DNA of 64,000 nucleotides from NCBI GenBank assembly GCA_043228905.1, contig JBHGNT010000007.1, positions 14,384,001 through 14,448,000 on the forward strand, read 5' to 3'. Source of the DNA: Azolla caroliniana. Its lineage: Eukaryota; Plantae; Polypodiophyta. Below the pieces are notes generated by a model. That model worked only from the letters and a program-made list of their open reading frames with translations. It had not been told where the DNA came from and ran no database searches. This document shows positions 1 to 14,128 of this stretch, piece by piece. The position numbers and the translations under genes are program-made. Positions within the stretch are counted from its first letter, which is position 1. The number at the start of each line of letters is the position of its first letter.

Positions 1-429
1 TGTTCTGGTTCCAGTTCTGTCGCCGTCCGTCCAGTTCCGGTCCTCTAAAACCATTGCGAGTAGTTAAGCCACAATTTAGCCCAAGAACATTCTATGCTCC
101 ACATATAGACAAAAAGTGATAAGTTTTGGCTCTGCTTATATACTGTGGGATCCTAACTTGTCCTATCTATGTGGGATATCTCATAGTTTTGTTTTTCTCT
201 TCTTCTTCTCAAACTTCACATTCACATAACTTGACATTTAGTTGTCCGTTTCAAATGTAGTAAAGTACATTTGGAAGCTCTTGAAGACCTCTATCTTCCC
301 GTACCAAGATATTAAGCTAATCTAAAATAGTATCTTCACTATTATTGTTTTATGTCTTGTGTGAAGAACCACACTCGATTTTGTACATTCCATGCAATTT
401 TCACACCGTTGCCGAAAATCTTCACGACA
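1..429 (-). repeat. 3' LTR (partial, runs off window) of family-A Gypsy fragment A2
   Basis: Minus strand reads PPT GTGGGGGTGGA (430-440) then TGTCGTGAAG from 429, the same PPT/TGTCG start as at 23941-23960 and 32738-32755. Confidence 0.75.
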
Positions 430-549
430 TCCACCCCCACCAAACCACACGTCCTCCGGTATGTGCCAAGAAGAGAGATTGTGAGATTTTAGCTACGGTG
501 ATTAATCAGATTCCTCCATGTCCTTGTTCACATAACTCAAGTCTGTAGG

Positions 550-2170
550 TTCAGTCCTACTATCTTCATCGTCGAGGTGATTGAGGTCAAGATCCTCGTC
601 TTGTCTTTTCTTGAAAATCTTTACTTTTTTCCCCACAATGGGTATATGGCCAACCTTGATCCGTCTAGCTTCGCAAGGTGGTATGTGGCATTGTTGTTCA
701 CACTTGTCACCACATATGGTCCGAACAATCTTCTTGCGAACTTTCTTGTTGTCCTGTGTTGATTGTCAAGGCTCTTGTCGTAGACCAATACCCAATCTCC
801 TTCTTCAATCTTCTTGGGACGCAGTCGATGTGTCTTATTGAACCGAATCTTGTTCTTCACTCGAGCTGCCTCCATCATCTTTCGTGCTTTTTCTAGATAT
901 TCAGGCCTTCTTTCTAGCTGCCTTATCCGTGCCGCCAATAATTCTTCGTGGCTCATCTCATTCTGCCATGGTATCGCTACCCATGAGGTGATCGTCCTTT
1001 CGATGGGCATTATCGGCTTCTATCCATACATAAGCTCTATTGGCATATACCTTGTCACTGAACTGTGTGTAGTTCTATCGGCCCACAAGGCATAGGGCAA
1101 TAGTTGTGGCCAGTTCCCGATGGCTTTGATGATTGCTCCATGCCCTCATTCGATCTTCCCATTCGTTTCTGGATTGTAGGCAGTCGTGAGGGAGAGCTTC
1201 ACCCCTAGTTGATCAAAGAGCTCTGTTGCTTCATGTGCATCCAACTCCCCTCGATCAGCCACTATCTTTCCCACACATCCATATCGACAAACAACCTCTT
1301 CGAGTAGAAATTTGCAAACAACTAACGTCGTCTTATTTGCCAAGGCCCGTCCTTCCACTTGATTTGCCAGGTCTTCTCTTGCCAGTACTAAGTACTTCAT
1401 TTGCCCCACTCCCATTGGCATTGAGACCAGATCCACCATCCATTTGAAGTGTATGGTGAGCGGGTATGTCGGCCGGAACTCATCATGATGACGTATGTTC
1501 GAATGTACTTGGCAAATTTTGCATGTGGACACAAAATGGAGTACATCTTTGTACATGCTTGGCCACCAGTACTTTTCCTTCAACTTTTCGAACGTCGCCC
1601 ATGTTCCTCTATGACCCGCCCAAGGACTCTCGTGGAATTTGGTCATCAGTGTCACTTGCTCTTCTTTCTTCACCACCACTCGACGTGGTATTCCTGTCCT
1701 TCTTTTTGGGTGTCGCCAGAGGAATCCTCCCTTTAGGAAGTATTGGTAAGCTTTCTTCCGGATTCGTAGAGCCTCCTCTTTTGTCAACGAAGTATCCGTC
1801 GTCATTGTTCTTAAGAATCTACCGATCAGTAACCACTCTCCTTTGTACTCATCCTCATTGAAGGCGTGGAGGGTTAGCGCATCCTTGTCTTCCGCCGATT
1901 GTTGGGCCATCTTGAAGAAGTCGAGGGTGACGTTTTCATCTTCCGAAACCATGCCACTTTCATTCTCAAATCTTGCCCTCGACAGCATGTCAACCAGGGC
2001 GTTCTTCTTTCCTACAATGTGGTGGATCTCTAGGTTTAAAGACTTGATATAGACGATCCACCTTAGCACAACTAGATCTGGTGTCGCACATCCTGAGATC
2101 ATCCCGAGGATTGGGAGACAATCTGTCTCAATTATAACTTCCGACCCGATCAGGTAGTCTTTGTCCATCT
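550..2170 (-). pseudogene. Gypsy family-A pol 3' part (RNase H end, integrase H-H-C-C zinc finger, core, GPY/F), degenerate
   Basis: ORFs 1146..2267 (ETDCLPILG, HESPWAGHRG...CKIC, ADRGE, AYNPE) and 621..1010 (RLFGPYVV) align with the pol of copy C; frameshifted. Confidence 0.9.
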
Positions 2171-5100
2171 TTACTAAATTAACCGGAATCGTCCGGCCTT
2201 CGTTGAGGCCTTCTTTGAACACCTTCTTTAATTCCCCCAAGGTGTCGTCGAAAGAGACCACCTCCACAGCTCCACCAATCTCATCGTCAGTGCCTAGGAC
2301 TCTGCACGCCCTGAGACGTTCCTCTGCCCGTTTCTTCTCCCGGCCGCTAAAGCTGGTTATCGTACAACCTCCGTTGTCAGAGAACCAAAATTTCCTATCT
2401 ATAGTACAAGGCTTCCTTCCTATGGTACACGTGTGGGGTTTTTCCGGGGTGTCCGGATTATCTCAGCCCCACGCCTTGATAGTGCTCTCTAAAAATCCCC
2501 TCGTTTGCCGTTGCCGAGGGTTTCCTGGTTCTGCTCATGGTTCAGTTGCACGGTCAGGAATTGGACAGAGTGTCTTCCATCTTGGCTCTTTACACGTGCG
2601 TACGCCGAACCATGGTCAAGCACCTTTGTCTCCATGCGTGCCGTCGTAATGTACAGTTCACCGAGAATCATTGGGTGCGAGGACGTCTCCTGCACGAAAA
2701 AGTGTTGATCTATCTTGACGTCGCCGATCTTGACACACACATTCGGGCACGACCCGTGTAGCTCCTCCGTAGCACGGGTCGCCGCGCGTATCTTCCAGCC
2801 GTGCTTGGTATTGATTGGCCATTTCCCCTTTTTGTAAAAGTCCATGGACATCAGGTTTATTTCTGAGCCGTGGTCTATCAATGCCACGACCGACTCCTAG
2901 ACGTCCCCGATCCGAATGGGGGTCTTAGTTCTGGCTCTGGCCCAGTGCAACTTCGAATAGTGGCTTTGCACCAACTCGTCTTCCAGGGCCGTATCTTCTA
3001 GGCGCGTAGTACGCACCTCTACGGGCTTCTCCGGTTCCGACTCCGTCGAGAGCCGTTTACCTTTACCAAGTCCACGATGGAAACTCCTTGGCGATCCCAA
3101 GCACCTCCCTCAGTGACAGCTCCACCTTGTTGTCCAGGATCCGCTCTTTGAGGACCTTCTGCAGGTTCGTTGACCTCTCAATCTTCGTGCTCAGCCGGTA
3201 ACCGGCCCGCTTCGCTTTGTCCGGTGCGCCGGGGTAACCGACATCGTTTTACTTCTTCCCGAACCAGGTCTCGTACTGCTATGTAGTTTTGGCACGCAAC
3301 TTCCACAAAACCGGTCTTCTCCTGAACCGGATCGTCCCATCCAGTGACCTCCCAGATCCAGTGGTCCGCGCGGTCCGCTTCTTCCTTCTTCAGTCATGCG
3401 CCGGAGAGGCCTTCTAGCACCGGAGAGGCCTTCTAGCACCAAGCGCCAGAAGCCCGAATCTTTTGTTGGCCGGTCTTGGTTAACTCCCACCCGGATTCCG
3501 ACCGATGTCGAATAATGGACGGCCTCTGCATGGCGTGCCTCTGCTTCTTCCATTAGCCGCTTCATTCCTCTGTGCCCGAAATTCGTTTCCATGGCTCTCC
3601 AGGTATCACCAACGTGCACTCGTCCGTTCCACAGGTACACCACAGTCTTGCCGGCTGTGTCCGACCACATCGCACCACATACACTGTTGTCCAGCCGGTG
3701 GCCTCCGGTCGCGTGACTGCCCTCCACCGTCTCTTCGGGCCTGCGCGATCTGCAGGTCGCGCGCCATTTGTGTCAGCTCCTCAAGAGCCGCTCCTCTGGA
3801 TGGTCCCTTGACCACGCCGGTTGATGCTGAGCCCGTCTCGAGCCAATCCCGGGGTTCCTCTTTTCGTGTCGGCGAAGGTTCATCGAACTTCCTTGCCGAT
3901 ACGGATCTTGCCGCCGACAATCCCTCGTCACCCCACTCACACCGCTTGTCGAAACGGCTGCAGACTCCTTTGTCCGCGGCCCAGTTGGTCATCAGCCCAT
4001 CATCTGTCTCCAGTAGGAGACCCACTTGATCCTGATCCTGCACATCCACCGCTTTGACAAACAACAGGACACGGCTCGTGTCTAGCACGGTCCTGTCTAG
4101 TGCCGAGAGCCATGCGAAGTGTTCTTCAAACTCCCGGAGGAGCGTCGATGCGTTCCTCCCCTTTCTGGGAGTCTCCACCCACTCCATGAAATCCCGCTTT
4201 GATAGCCGAAGCGAGTCATCGAGCCTGTATTTCTCAAGGATCTGACCTTCAAACTCTCCCCAAGTCCGACATCCAGCTTGTACCTCAAGCACCTTTGTGT
4301 GAATTCCTGGTGTCGCCACCCGAGGGAAACCAGCCAACCGCCTATCTTCCAGAATGTCCCTCATCACCATTTCAGCCCGGTAGGCCTCCAAATAACTTGT
4401 GGCGTTCTTTCCATCGAACCGGCCTATCGTGTCGACAATCACTTCGATGGCCCTCTCGAGCACTTACTATCCGATCAACTGTTGCCGCCACGGCTTCGGC
4501 AAGCTCCGATCCCCTCATCTTCAACTCCTCTGCCGCCTTGTTTCACGTCGGGTTCACCAAATAGATGTCGTGTTGTTAGGCTCTCGTGTATGAAATAAGG
4601 CAGGATTGCGGGGGCCCTGAACCGAAGAGCGTGAGGGAGAAGAGGGAGAGAGATTCGCAGAAACACAGAGAGACAGAAACGAAAGAATCAATTCCAATAA
4701 TAGTATAGATTATAGAGCTTGCAATGTTACAACCGGCAAGCCGGTGACAGATTCTACACAGAAGAACACACGCACTGAAATATGCAGTGGAGCCTCTACC
4801 GGAAGCACACAAGCTTTCACGCAGTAGAGGCAACCAACCTAGCCCAAAATCCTTGTAGATGCAGCAACGAAAGTGGAGGAGAGAGCTCAGTCCCCAGTCC
4901 GATAGCACTTCGTCCTCTCAAAATTGCGCGATCCCCCCTCACCCCCTTTTCCTCTCCTTTTATAGCACAAGGAGAGAGAGCCGTTACAAACTGTTACATC
5001 ACCTTTATTCTCTGTCCTTCCAGACAGAGATCCTCTTCAATTCCCTACCTAACAAATTCGTGCTACCTAGGATAATTGCATCGCCGTCTTGTACTTAACT

Positions 5101-5192
5101 ATGTAAATACATCAAAACATGTGCCCATGTGTAAGGGCCGGTTCATGCACACTATCCACTGATTCCTCTTAGGGACGGTTTGCTCCACGACA
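2171..5192 (-). mobile_element. Gypsy family-A element A1, 5' half (LTR, PBS, gag, protease, pol N-terminus), truncated
   Basis: LTR 4566-5192 (TGTCG...CGACA); PBS 4542-4559; gag 3606..4463 with CxxC-H-C knuckle (CMWCDVVGHSRQDC); protease 2489..2887 (LIDHGSEINLM); inserted into the RT of element F. Confidence 0.9.
4566..5192 (-). repeat. 5' LTR of A1
   Basis: TG...CA termini; its 3' end resembles LTR 32749-33303; adjacent tRNA-Trp PBS. Confidence 0.85.
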
Positions 5193-7600
5193 ACGCGCTA
5201 TGGCCATTATGAGTTTTTAGTCATGCCTTTCGGGTTGACTAATGCTCCAGCCACATTCCAACAAGCGATGAATGACGTTTTCCGAGATCAACTCAGGGAT
5301 TTTTTTGTCGTCTTCTTGGATGATATTTTGATATATAGTCGTACCTTGCAAGATCATGTTCAACATGTTCGATTTGTTTTGCAAAAGTTGCATGACAACT
5401 CTTTCTATGCAAAACATTCAAAATGTGAATTTTTCCAAAAATCTATTGTGTACCTAGGTCATTTAATTGAGGAAAATGGTGTTGAAATTGAACCTTCTTG
5501 TATTGAAAAGGTTAAAATTTGGCCCATTCCTCGTAATATTCGTGAACTGCGATCATTCTTAGGGTTTGTTGGATTTTTACGAAAATCAATTCGTAACTAT
5601 TCCAAATTGACTGCTCCATTAACTGACCTTTTAAAAGGTCATCCACGTAAGTCTATTAAACCAATTTCATGGAATGAACAACTTGAGAAATCATTTGAGA
5701 CACTCAAAGAGCATGTGTGTCTGGCTCCCACTCTTCTATTACCGGACCCTTCTATGCCTTTCTCAATCGAAACCGATGCTAGTGATTATGCTATTGGTGC
5801 CGTTCTTTATCAAGGTGGTCACCCTATTGCTTTCGAAAGTAAGAAGCTTGATGTTGCTCAATCTCGGTATTCTGTTCAAGAGAAAGAGTTGTTTGTGGTA
5901 ATACATGCACTTAAAACATGGAGGCACTATCTCTATGGAAATCAATTTGTGGTTACAACAGACCATCAATCATTGAAGTATTTTTGTGACTAGCCAGATC
6001 TTGTTGGTCGTAAAGGCCGTTGGGCTGACCTTATGCAAGATTTTGATTTTTCCATACAGTATCGCAAGGGTTCTATGAACACTGTTGCGGATGCTCTTAG
6101 TCACATTAAAGAAGTTAACATGCTTAGCTTCACGAAAATAAAATCTGATCTTTTAGATCCCCTTCGAGGGAAATACCTTGATGACAATTATTTTTCGAAA
6201 TACTTGACGAAAGCCGAATCTAGTTTAGATGCCGATACTAGCACCCTACCCTCGAAGGTGACCTTTCACATTACAAATGGTCTGTGTTCCAGATTTACCA
6301 AACGTAAAACAGAAAATTCTTCATGAATGTCATGATGCACCATCTGCTGGTCATCCTGGAATACAATGCACACTCGTTCTCATCTCGAGTACTTTTTTCT
6401 GGCCTAAGATGCGCTCTGACGTGCATAAATACATAACTCAATGCTTACAATGTCAGATTAATAAGTCAGAACGACTTAAAGTTGCGGGTCTTTTACATCC
6501 CTTAGATATTCCCAAAAACAAATGGGAAAGTATCTTGATGGATTTTATTGTTAGTTTACCTTGTACATAGAGGGGTCATGATGCCATTTGGGTTTTCGTT
6601 GACAGACTAATAAAATTGGCTAGATTTATTCCTACCAAAGCCATGGTAACCAGTCAACAATTGGCTTTTCAATTTGTTGATGTGTTATTTTGTTTTTATG
6701 GATTACCGATGGATATTGTTAGTGATTGAGATTCCAAGTTTACTAGTGACTTTTGGACTCAAGTCTTTAAGAAACTAGAAACTACGTTGAGCATGAGTTC
6801 CGCAAATCATCCTCAGTCTGATGGACAAATTGAACAAGTTAATCAAATTATTGAGGACATGCTTCGAGCTTATGTAGCAAAAACCCCTTCTAAGTGGGAG
6901 CAATACCTTCCTATCTTAGAATTTGCCTATAATAGCTCTAAACATACATCTACTGGATATAGTCCTTTTATGTTGATGTATGGTTTTCAACCACGTGCCC
7001 CAGTTGATGTCACGATTCATCGTGATACATTAGAAAGTACACGCAATTTTTTGCAAGACATGAACCAAATGTTGCATATTGCCAAAGAGAATGTCAAGAC
7101 AACTCAAGATCGTGCTCGATTTTATGTTGATCAAGATAGACGTCCTTGTGCATTTACTATTGGTCAAAAAGTTTTTTTTGCGTGTCCCTACTAACTTTAT
7201 GTCATTGTCTATGGGCAAGTGCGCTAATTTAGCCCCACGATATTGTGGCCCATTTGAAATCCTTAAGTGGGTTGGGTCATCTACTTATCACCTTGCCTTA
7301 CCCCGTAACGTTGATATTGATCCTGTTTTTCACATTAGTCGTCTTAAACCATTTTTAGGCTTTGGTGATAACACCATCACAATCCAAGATCTTGTAACAT
7401 TAGAGGATTTTTCTTACAAACCTCATGTTCCTGAACGAATTCTCGATTCTCATACTAAACATTTACGTTCTAAAGAGATTCGGCTATTCAAGATCAAATG
7501 GATGGATAAACCTATTGATGATGCCACATGGGAATGCAAGCATACTCTTAAGGCACAATTTCCTCACTTTATATTGCAAGAGTGCAATCTTTTGAAGTAG
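5193..7600 (+). pseudogene. Chromoviral Gypsy (element F) pol: RT C-half, RNase H, integrase, chromodomain; degenerate
   Basis: TRYGHYEFLVMPFGLTNAPATF, FLDDILIYS, ETDASDYAIG, CHDAPSAGHPG...CLQC, HPQSDGQ, YCGPF, chromodomain-like PERILDS...IKW...ATWE; stops and frameshifts. Confidence 0.92.
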
Positions 7601-7607
7601 GGGAGTA

Positions 7608-8055
7608 TGTTATGTACACATAACGTTGGTGAGGGTAGGTCACCAATATTTACATTAGTGAAGGGTATGTTCACTAACGTTAAAAAGGGGACTAATGATT
7701 GGATAGAAGGAATGATAAGTGCATGCACTATCATGATTTGGATAACCAATGAATAGAGAGCCTTTTAGAAAGGCACATCTATTCAAGGGGCCTAGGAAAA
7801 GGTATAATCACATTGTGTTGGAAGGCTGTTGTCTTAGACACCGGTGGTGCGGGCTAGGCTTTCATCTCGACGATCGTGTTTATCTCTTCCAAGGTATTAG
7901 TCATCCTAATATCCGGCAGTATGAGACGTCGGTGGTAGCTTGGCTATGTCTAGATCATAGCTCGGTGGTGGTCGGGTGGAACGGGTTCTTCTATCCATTC
8001 TATTTTCCTTCTTTTACTTTAGTTTGGTCCATTGATTAGTAATAGACTCTTAACA
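7608..8055 (+). repeat. 3' LTR of element F
   Basis: PPT GAAGTAGGGGAG immediately before TGTTA (7608); ends TAACA (8055); family-A gag sequence resumes after it. Confidence 0.8.
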
Positions 8056-10879
8056 CCGAAGTATACAAAGTATCACTGGATGGTGGGATCCGGTAGATGA
8101 CAACACCATACTCGCGAAAGTGATGTGTGACAACCACGAGGTGTTCGTGGATGAAAAGAGAAAAAGAATGGAATGGCAAGATAACCCATAAAAAAGACAT
8201 GAAACAAGGAGTGCGAAAAAGAAAGAAGATGCAAAAACGAGTCGAGGTTTACAAATGGAGGGAGACTCGAGCCGGAAAGGGGAGTCGAAGAAATGGTTCA
8301 GCCCGTGAAGGTTGGTGTCGAAGATCCCACTCGGAAGACAAGAATTATGCCTACCTATAAGTTAAGGTCGGACATAGAGCAAACGATAGATCTGAAGAAG
8401 ATTCTCGAGGAACGTGTTCTTGATAGCCATGTGTCCTTGTCCTTGAGGGAATTGCTTGGCATTACGAAGGAGTTCCATGATACGATTGTGGACCTCGTAA
8501 AGAGAAAAAGGCAACAGTCGGACGAAGAAGAAGAGAAGCCACTAAAAGCAAAAGAAAATGCCATAACGATGGCAAGAGACGACCTCGAGGAAGATATGGT
8601 GGACAACCACTATACTCGGCCTCGTTGGGCACGAGCAACGATGGAGACACCAATAAAGTTGGGGGAAAGAAAAGAGACAGTCGTAGCGTTAATAGATCAT
8701 GGGTCCAAAATCAACCTTATGTCGACTGAGGTCTACAGGAAGGGAAGATGACCCATAAATACGAATCATGGGTGGAAGATCCGTGCTGCTACGAAAGCTA
8801 CCAAAGACTTGTATGGAGCATGTCCTAACATCCCCATCACGATTGGCGATGTCGAGATAGATCAACATGTTTTTGTTCAAGACTCGGCATCCCATCCCAT
8901 CATCCTTGGGCAACTGTACATAACATCATCATGAATGGAAACCAAAGTGTTCGACAATGATGCGGCATTTGCTCGAGTATGGAGTCTTGATGGGAAGAAG
9001 GTTGTACAATTCTTGACTGTATGTGTCAACCATGAAAGGAATCGAGATTGTCTCGGAGAAGATGCTTCGGATTTTTAGAGCGGACTATTGAAGCATGGGA
9101 CACAAATAGTCTGAGCAATCACAAGTCCCCACAAGAAAGTAGAGTGTGTGGATTGCAAGGAGAAGCAACATGTGTCACACCTAGTGGCGCATGTAAACTA
9201 GTACTACCCAACAAAAAGGATAAGTGTTGGATACAAGACTTCGAGAAGATGCTAAAAAAAGAAAACATAATAGAAGAAGAAGAATTCGTGACTCATATTA
9301 TGGAAGAAGCCTCATTTGACGACACCATCGGCAAAATTGAGGAAGTCGTGGACTTGAGCTATCTTCACGATCAACACGTGATTTCGGTTAACTCTGTCAA
9401 CATGTACGCTACCATCGATGAATACCATCGACACATCTTGATGGAGGAATCTGAAGTCAACACAAAATATAAAACGGTGAATAGGAAGATCAAGCCAGTT
9501 GCAGTTCCGTTACCAAAAGATAGCTGGCAAAAGATGAAGAAAGTCGCTAATGATCCAAGCTTAAGGGATCCGAAGGCAATAGGTCATGTCTTCACTGAAG
9601 AGACGAAAGGGAAGCTACAAGTTGGAAGGGAGGATTTCCTCCTCCCTGAAGAGGAGCAAATGTTTCGCGACATGCTTGAGAGACATGGGAAAGCTTTCAC
9701 ATTTTTCCCACAAGAAATCGGATTTGTTGATCCAAGGACAATAGAGCTGATGGTAATCTTCACGGTGCTGCACGTGCCTTGGAATTTGAAACTGATACCG
9801 GTTCCGAGAGCACACCTACCGAAGTTGATCGAGCTCTTAAAGGAGATTCAGGTGAATATGGGAATTCTGGAACAATCGAATGCTCCTTATTCTAATAGGT
9901 GGTTCATGGTGCCGAAGAAGAATGGATCATTGCGATTCATCCAAGATCTTTAACCCGTCAAAGGTGACAATTCAGAATGCTAGAATTGGTCCAAGCGTGG
10001 ATGAATTTGCCGAAGCATTTGCGGGCCAGTCCATCTACTCCATTATTGATCTCTACTCTGGATACGACCAATTCCAGTTGGCAATCGACAATCTTGCATT
10101 ACAACCATGAGGACTCTGATCGGGCTTGTCCGGATGTATACCTTACCGCAAGGTGCAACGATCTCGGTGGCTCATATGGTGAATGCCATGAACAAGGTTT
10201 TGAAGGATTGCATTCCGGACATCACAATATCATTCTTGGATGATATTCTGATAAAAGGATGTTTGAATGAGGAGAAGGATGAATCGAAAAATAAGAAAGG
10301 GTGTAGAAAATTTGTTGTAGATCATATGAAAGATTGCGAGAAGGTGCTCCAAAGGCTTGAAGATGCGAAATTGACATTTTCAGGAGAAAAATCCGCATTC
10401 GGGAAACTAGAGATCTTGGTGGTAGGTCACTTATGTGGAGCATCCAGTCGGAAGCCTTCGCCATCCAAGGTGAATGCGATCCAGGACATGAAAGAAGAAC
10501 GCGTAAACGAAACGGAGGTTCGAAGGTTCCTTGGAGCGTGCACATTTTATCATATCTAGATTCCGCACTATGCTCATGTCGCCGAGCCATTATATGGATT
10601 GCTAAAGAAAAGAATGAAGTTCAAATGGCGAGATGAGCATACAAACGTGATGCGAAGATTGAAGAAACTACTTCTTGAAGCTCTAGCTGTAAGGAAGGCC
10701 GACTATACCGAAGGAAAGCCGATTTATGTGACTGTAGATATGAGCCCAACCAGAATCGGGTGGGTCATCAACGAAGACGGAGAAGATAATGCACGGTATT
10801 GCATTTGGTTCAAAGCAAAGGTTCTGAGCGAACAACAACAAAGATATGCCCAAGTCAAGCAAGAACTTTGGGGTATTGC
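8056..10879 (+). pseudogene. Gypsy family-A (AT-richer subfamily, A2) gag C-terminus, protease, RT and part of RNase H; degenerate
   Basis: ORFs 8293..8751 (LIDHGSKINLM), 9048..9953, 10107..10559 (LPQGAT, FLDDILIKG), 10599..10919 ending VKQELWGI. Confidence 0.9.
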
Positions 10880-13670
10880 CGCCTTATTTCACACGCGAGA
10901 GCATAACAACACGACATAAATTTGGTGAACCCAACGTGAAACAAGGTGGCAGAGGAGTTGAAGATGAAGGGTTCGGAGCTCGCCGAAGCCATGGCGGCAA
11001 CGGTTGATTGGATAGTAAGTGCTCGCGAGGTCATAGGCGCCCTCAACAGGGCCATCGAAGCGATTTTCGGCATGATAGGCCGGTTCAATGGAAAGAACGC
11101 CACGAGTTATTTGGAGGCCCACCGGGCCGAAATGGTGATGAGGGACATTTCGGAAGATAGGTGGTTGGTTGACTGGTTTCCCTCGGGTGGCGACGCCAGG
11201 CATTCACACAGAGGTGCTCGAGGTACAAGCTGGATGTCGGACCTAGGGAGAGTTTGAAGGTCGGATCCTGAAGAAATACGGGCTCGATGACTCGCTTCGG
11301 CTATCAAGGCGGGATTTCATGGAGTGGGTGGAGACTCCCGGAAAAGGAAGGAATGCGTCAGCGCTTCTCCAGGAGTTTGAGGAACGCTTTGCGCGGCTCT
11401 GGCCACTGGACAAGACAGTACTAGACACGAGCCGTGTGCTATTGTTCGTTAAAACAATGGATGCGCGGGATCGGGAACAAGTGGGTCTCCTACTGGAGAT
11501 GGACAATGGGCTGACAACTGACTGGACTGTGCTGAAAAGAGTCTGCGCTCGTTTCAACAAACGGTGCAAGTGGGGCAGCGAGGATTCGTCGCCGGCAGGA
11601 CCTGTCCTTGCAAGGAAGCTCGATGAACTTTCACCGGCACGGAAGGAGGGAACCCGGGACTGGCTTGAGAGAGGCTCGCCCTCGACTGACGTGCCCAAGG
11701 GCCCATCTGGAGGAGCGGCTCTAGAAGAACTGACGCAAATGGTGCGCAAATGGTCCACTACTCGGCATCGGCGGGAATCCGGGTTGGGGGCGATGAAGGT
11801 CGGAAAGCGAAAGACTCCGGTTTCATGCCACTGGTGCTAGAAGGTCTCTCCGGCGTAAGGCTGAGGAAGGAGGAAGTGAACCGCATAGAGCAGCGGGTTC
11901 GGGAGGTCACCAGATGGTTTGACCCGGTCAAGGAGAAGACCGGATTCGTGGAGGTGGCATGCCAGAACTACGAGGTTCTGGTAGAGGACAAGCGTGCGGG
12001 AAAGGGCGGAGGAGCTGGACCCTCACAACAATATGAGACCCGGTTCAACCCAAAAAAGAACGATGTTGGCAGTCCTGGCGTGCCGGACAAACCCAAGCCA
12101 GCCGGTTACTGGCTGAGCACTGAGATTGAAAGAACCATGGACCTACGGAAGGTCCTAGAGGAGCAGATTCTCGACAGCAAGGTCAAGCTGTCGCTACGGG
12201 AAATGCTTGGGATCACAAAGAAGGAGTTCCACGAGTCTATCGTGGACTTGGTGAAGCGGAAGTGGCTCTCGACGGAGCCGGAACTGGAGAAGCCCGTCTA
12301 CGTGTGGACGACGCACCTGGAAGATACGACCCTAGAGGACAAGTTGGCGGAAAGCTATTATTCAAAGTTACACTGGGCCAGGGTCACGACAAAGACCCTT
12401 GTTTGGATCGGCGACGTCCAAGAGTTGGTGGTGGCGTTGATAGACCATGGCTTGGAGATCAACCTGATGTCCATGGACTTCTACAAAAAGAGGAGGTGGC
12501 CCATCAACACCAAGCACAGCTGAAAAATACGCGTGGCGACACGCGCTACGGAGGAATTGCACGGGGTGTGCCCGAATGTAAGCATGAAGATTGGGGATGT
12601 CGAGATTGACCAACACTTCTTCGTGCAGGAGATGTCCTCACACTTGGTGATTCTCGACGAGCCATACATAACGGCCGCACGCATGGAGACCAAAGTGGTT
12701 GACAATGGCTCGGCATACGTGTGCGTCAAAAGCCTAGACGGATGTCACTCCGTCCAATTCCTGACCGTATAGGCGAACCACGAGCGTAATCGCGAGACCC
12801 TCGGTGGCGATAGCTGAGGGGATTTTTAGAAAGGGCTATCAAGGCGTGGGGCCATGATAGTCCGAACACCATGGAGAAACCCCACACATCTACCATAGGA
12901 AGGAAATTTTGGTTCTCCGATAATGGAGGTTGTATTATAACCGACGTCAGCGGCTGGGAAAGGAAGCAGGCGGAGGAATGACTCAGGACGTGTGGAGTCC
13001 TTGCCCCTGATGAAGAAATTAGCGGCACCGTGGAGGCGGTCTCTTTTGACGATACCTTGAGGGCACTACGGAAGGTGTTCGTAGAAGGCCTCAGTGAGGA
13101 CCGAATGGTTCCAGTTAGTTCTATGGAGATGTACAAAGGGTCATGTCTGATTGGATGGCCAGCGTGGATACGAGGTACAAGACTGTGGACCGGAAGGTGA
13201 GGCCAGTCGCATCCCCCTTGCCGGAGGGCAGCAGGGAGTGGGTAAAGGGGATCGCGTCCGACCCGAGTTTGCGGAATCCGGCCGGCATAGGACACCGGTT
13301 CATCAACAGAGGAGGAACGGTTTCGGAGGATGCTTAGAAGGCATGGGAAAGCCTTTGCACTCTCACCGGAGAAGATCGGGTGCATGGACCCGATGATCGT
13401 AGAACCGATGGTGATATTCATGGTGCCGCATGTGTTGTGGAATCTCAAACCGATTCCGGTACCCAGAGCTCACATCCCGAAGTTGATGGAGCTGCTGAAG
13501 CAGAAAGTGAAGATGGGCTTCCTCGAACCATCGAGTGCCCTGTATTCGAATCGGTGGTTTACTGTGCCGAAGAAGAACGGCACGTTAGGCTTCATTCAGG
13601 ACCTGCAGCCGGTCAATAAAGTGACCATTCGGAATGCAGGAGTCGGACCGACGATCAACGAGTTTGCAAA

Positions 13671-14128
13671 TGTTACCTGGTCCTTTGGGTGAACACCTTC
13701 GATAGATCTGCGGCTATCGATATTCAAGGGCGTCGTACGTGAAGCCTCGTAACAGAGGCGTCGAGAGAGAGACAGTGCTCAGAGAGAAAACACTAGTGAG
13801 GCCCTGATAGGCGTGGGCGGCGCTGAAATCATAGGTATGAATCAAAGCACAGACACATGGAACAAACTGGACACAATTCAGATATATTACTGCGACAGAA
13901 AAAAGATTACAGAACACGGCCTACGGCCGGTGACCTTACAAGATTATCTAGTTATGAGGGACTCAGCTAGTGCTTCCGCCTATATCTTTCTTCTCCCTCC
14001 CTTTGAGGTACTGGTCCTTGTTTAAATAACTTTTCCCCTAATACACAACCGAGCCGTCGGTGGCCCGTGATACTCGGACTCGGCGTTTGCTAATTTCCTA
14101 ATTTTACATTTCTTTCCTCTGGACAACA
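13671..14128 (-). repeat. 3' LTR of element B
   Basis: Direct repeat of 29666-30125. Confidence 0.95.

Noticed and set aside
3401-3440. 20-bp tandem duplication in A1 gag
   Set aside because: Local slippage in a dead copy; absent from other copies.
1-5192. Single full-length minus-strand element
   Set aside because: The two LTRs are dissimilar and RT is missing at the ~2170 junction; it is a chimera from rearrangement.
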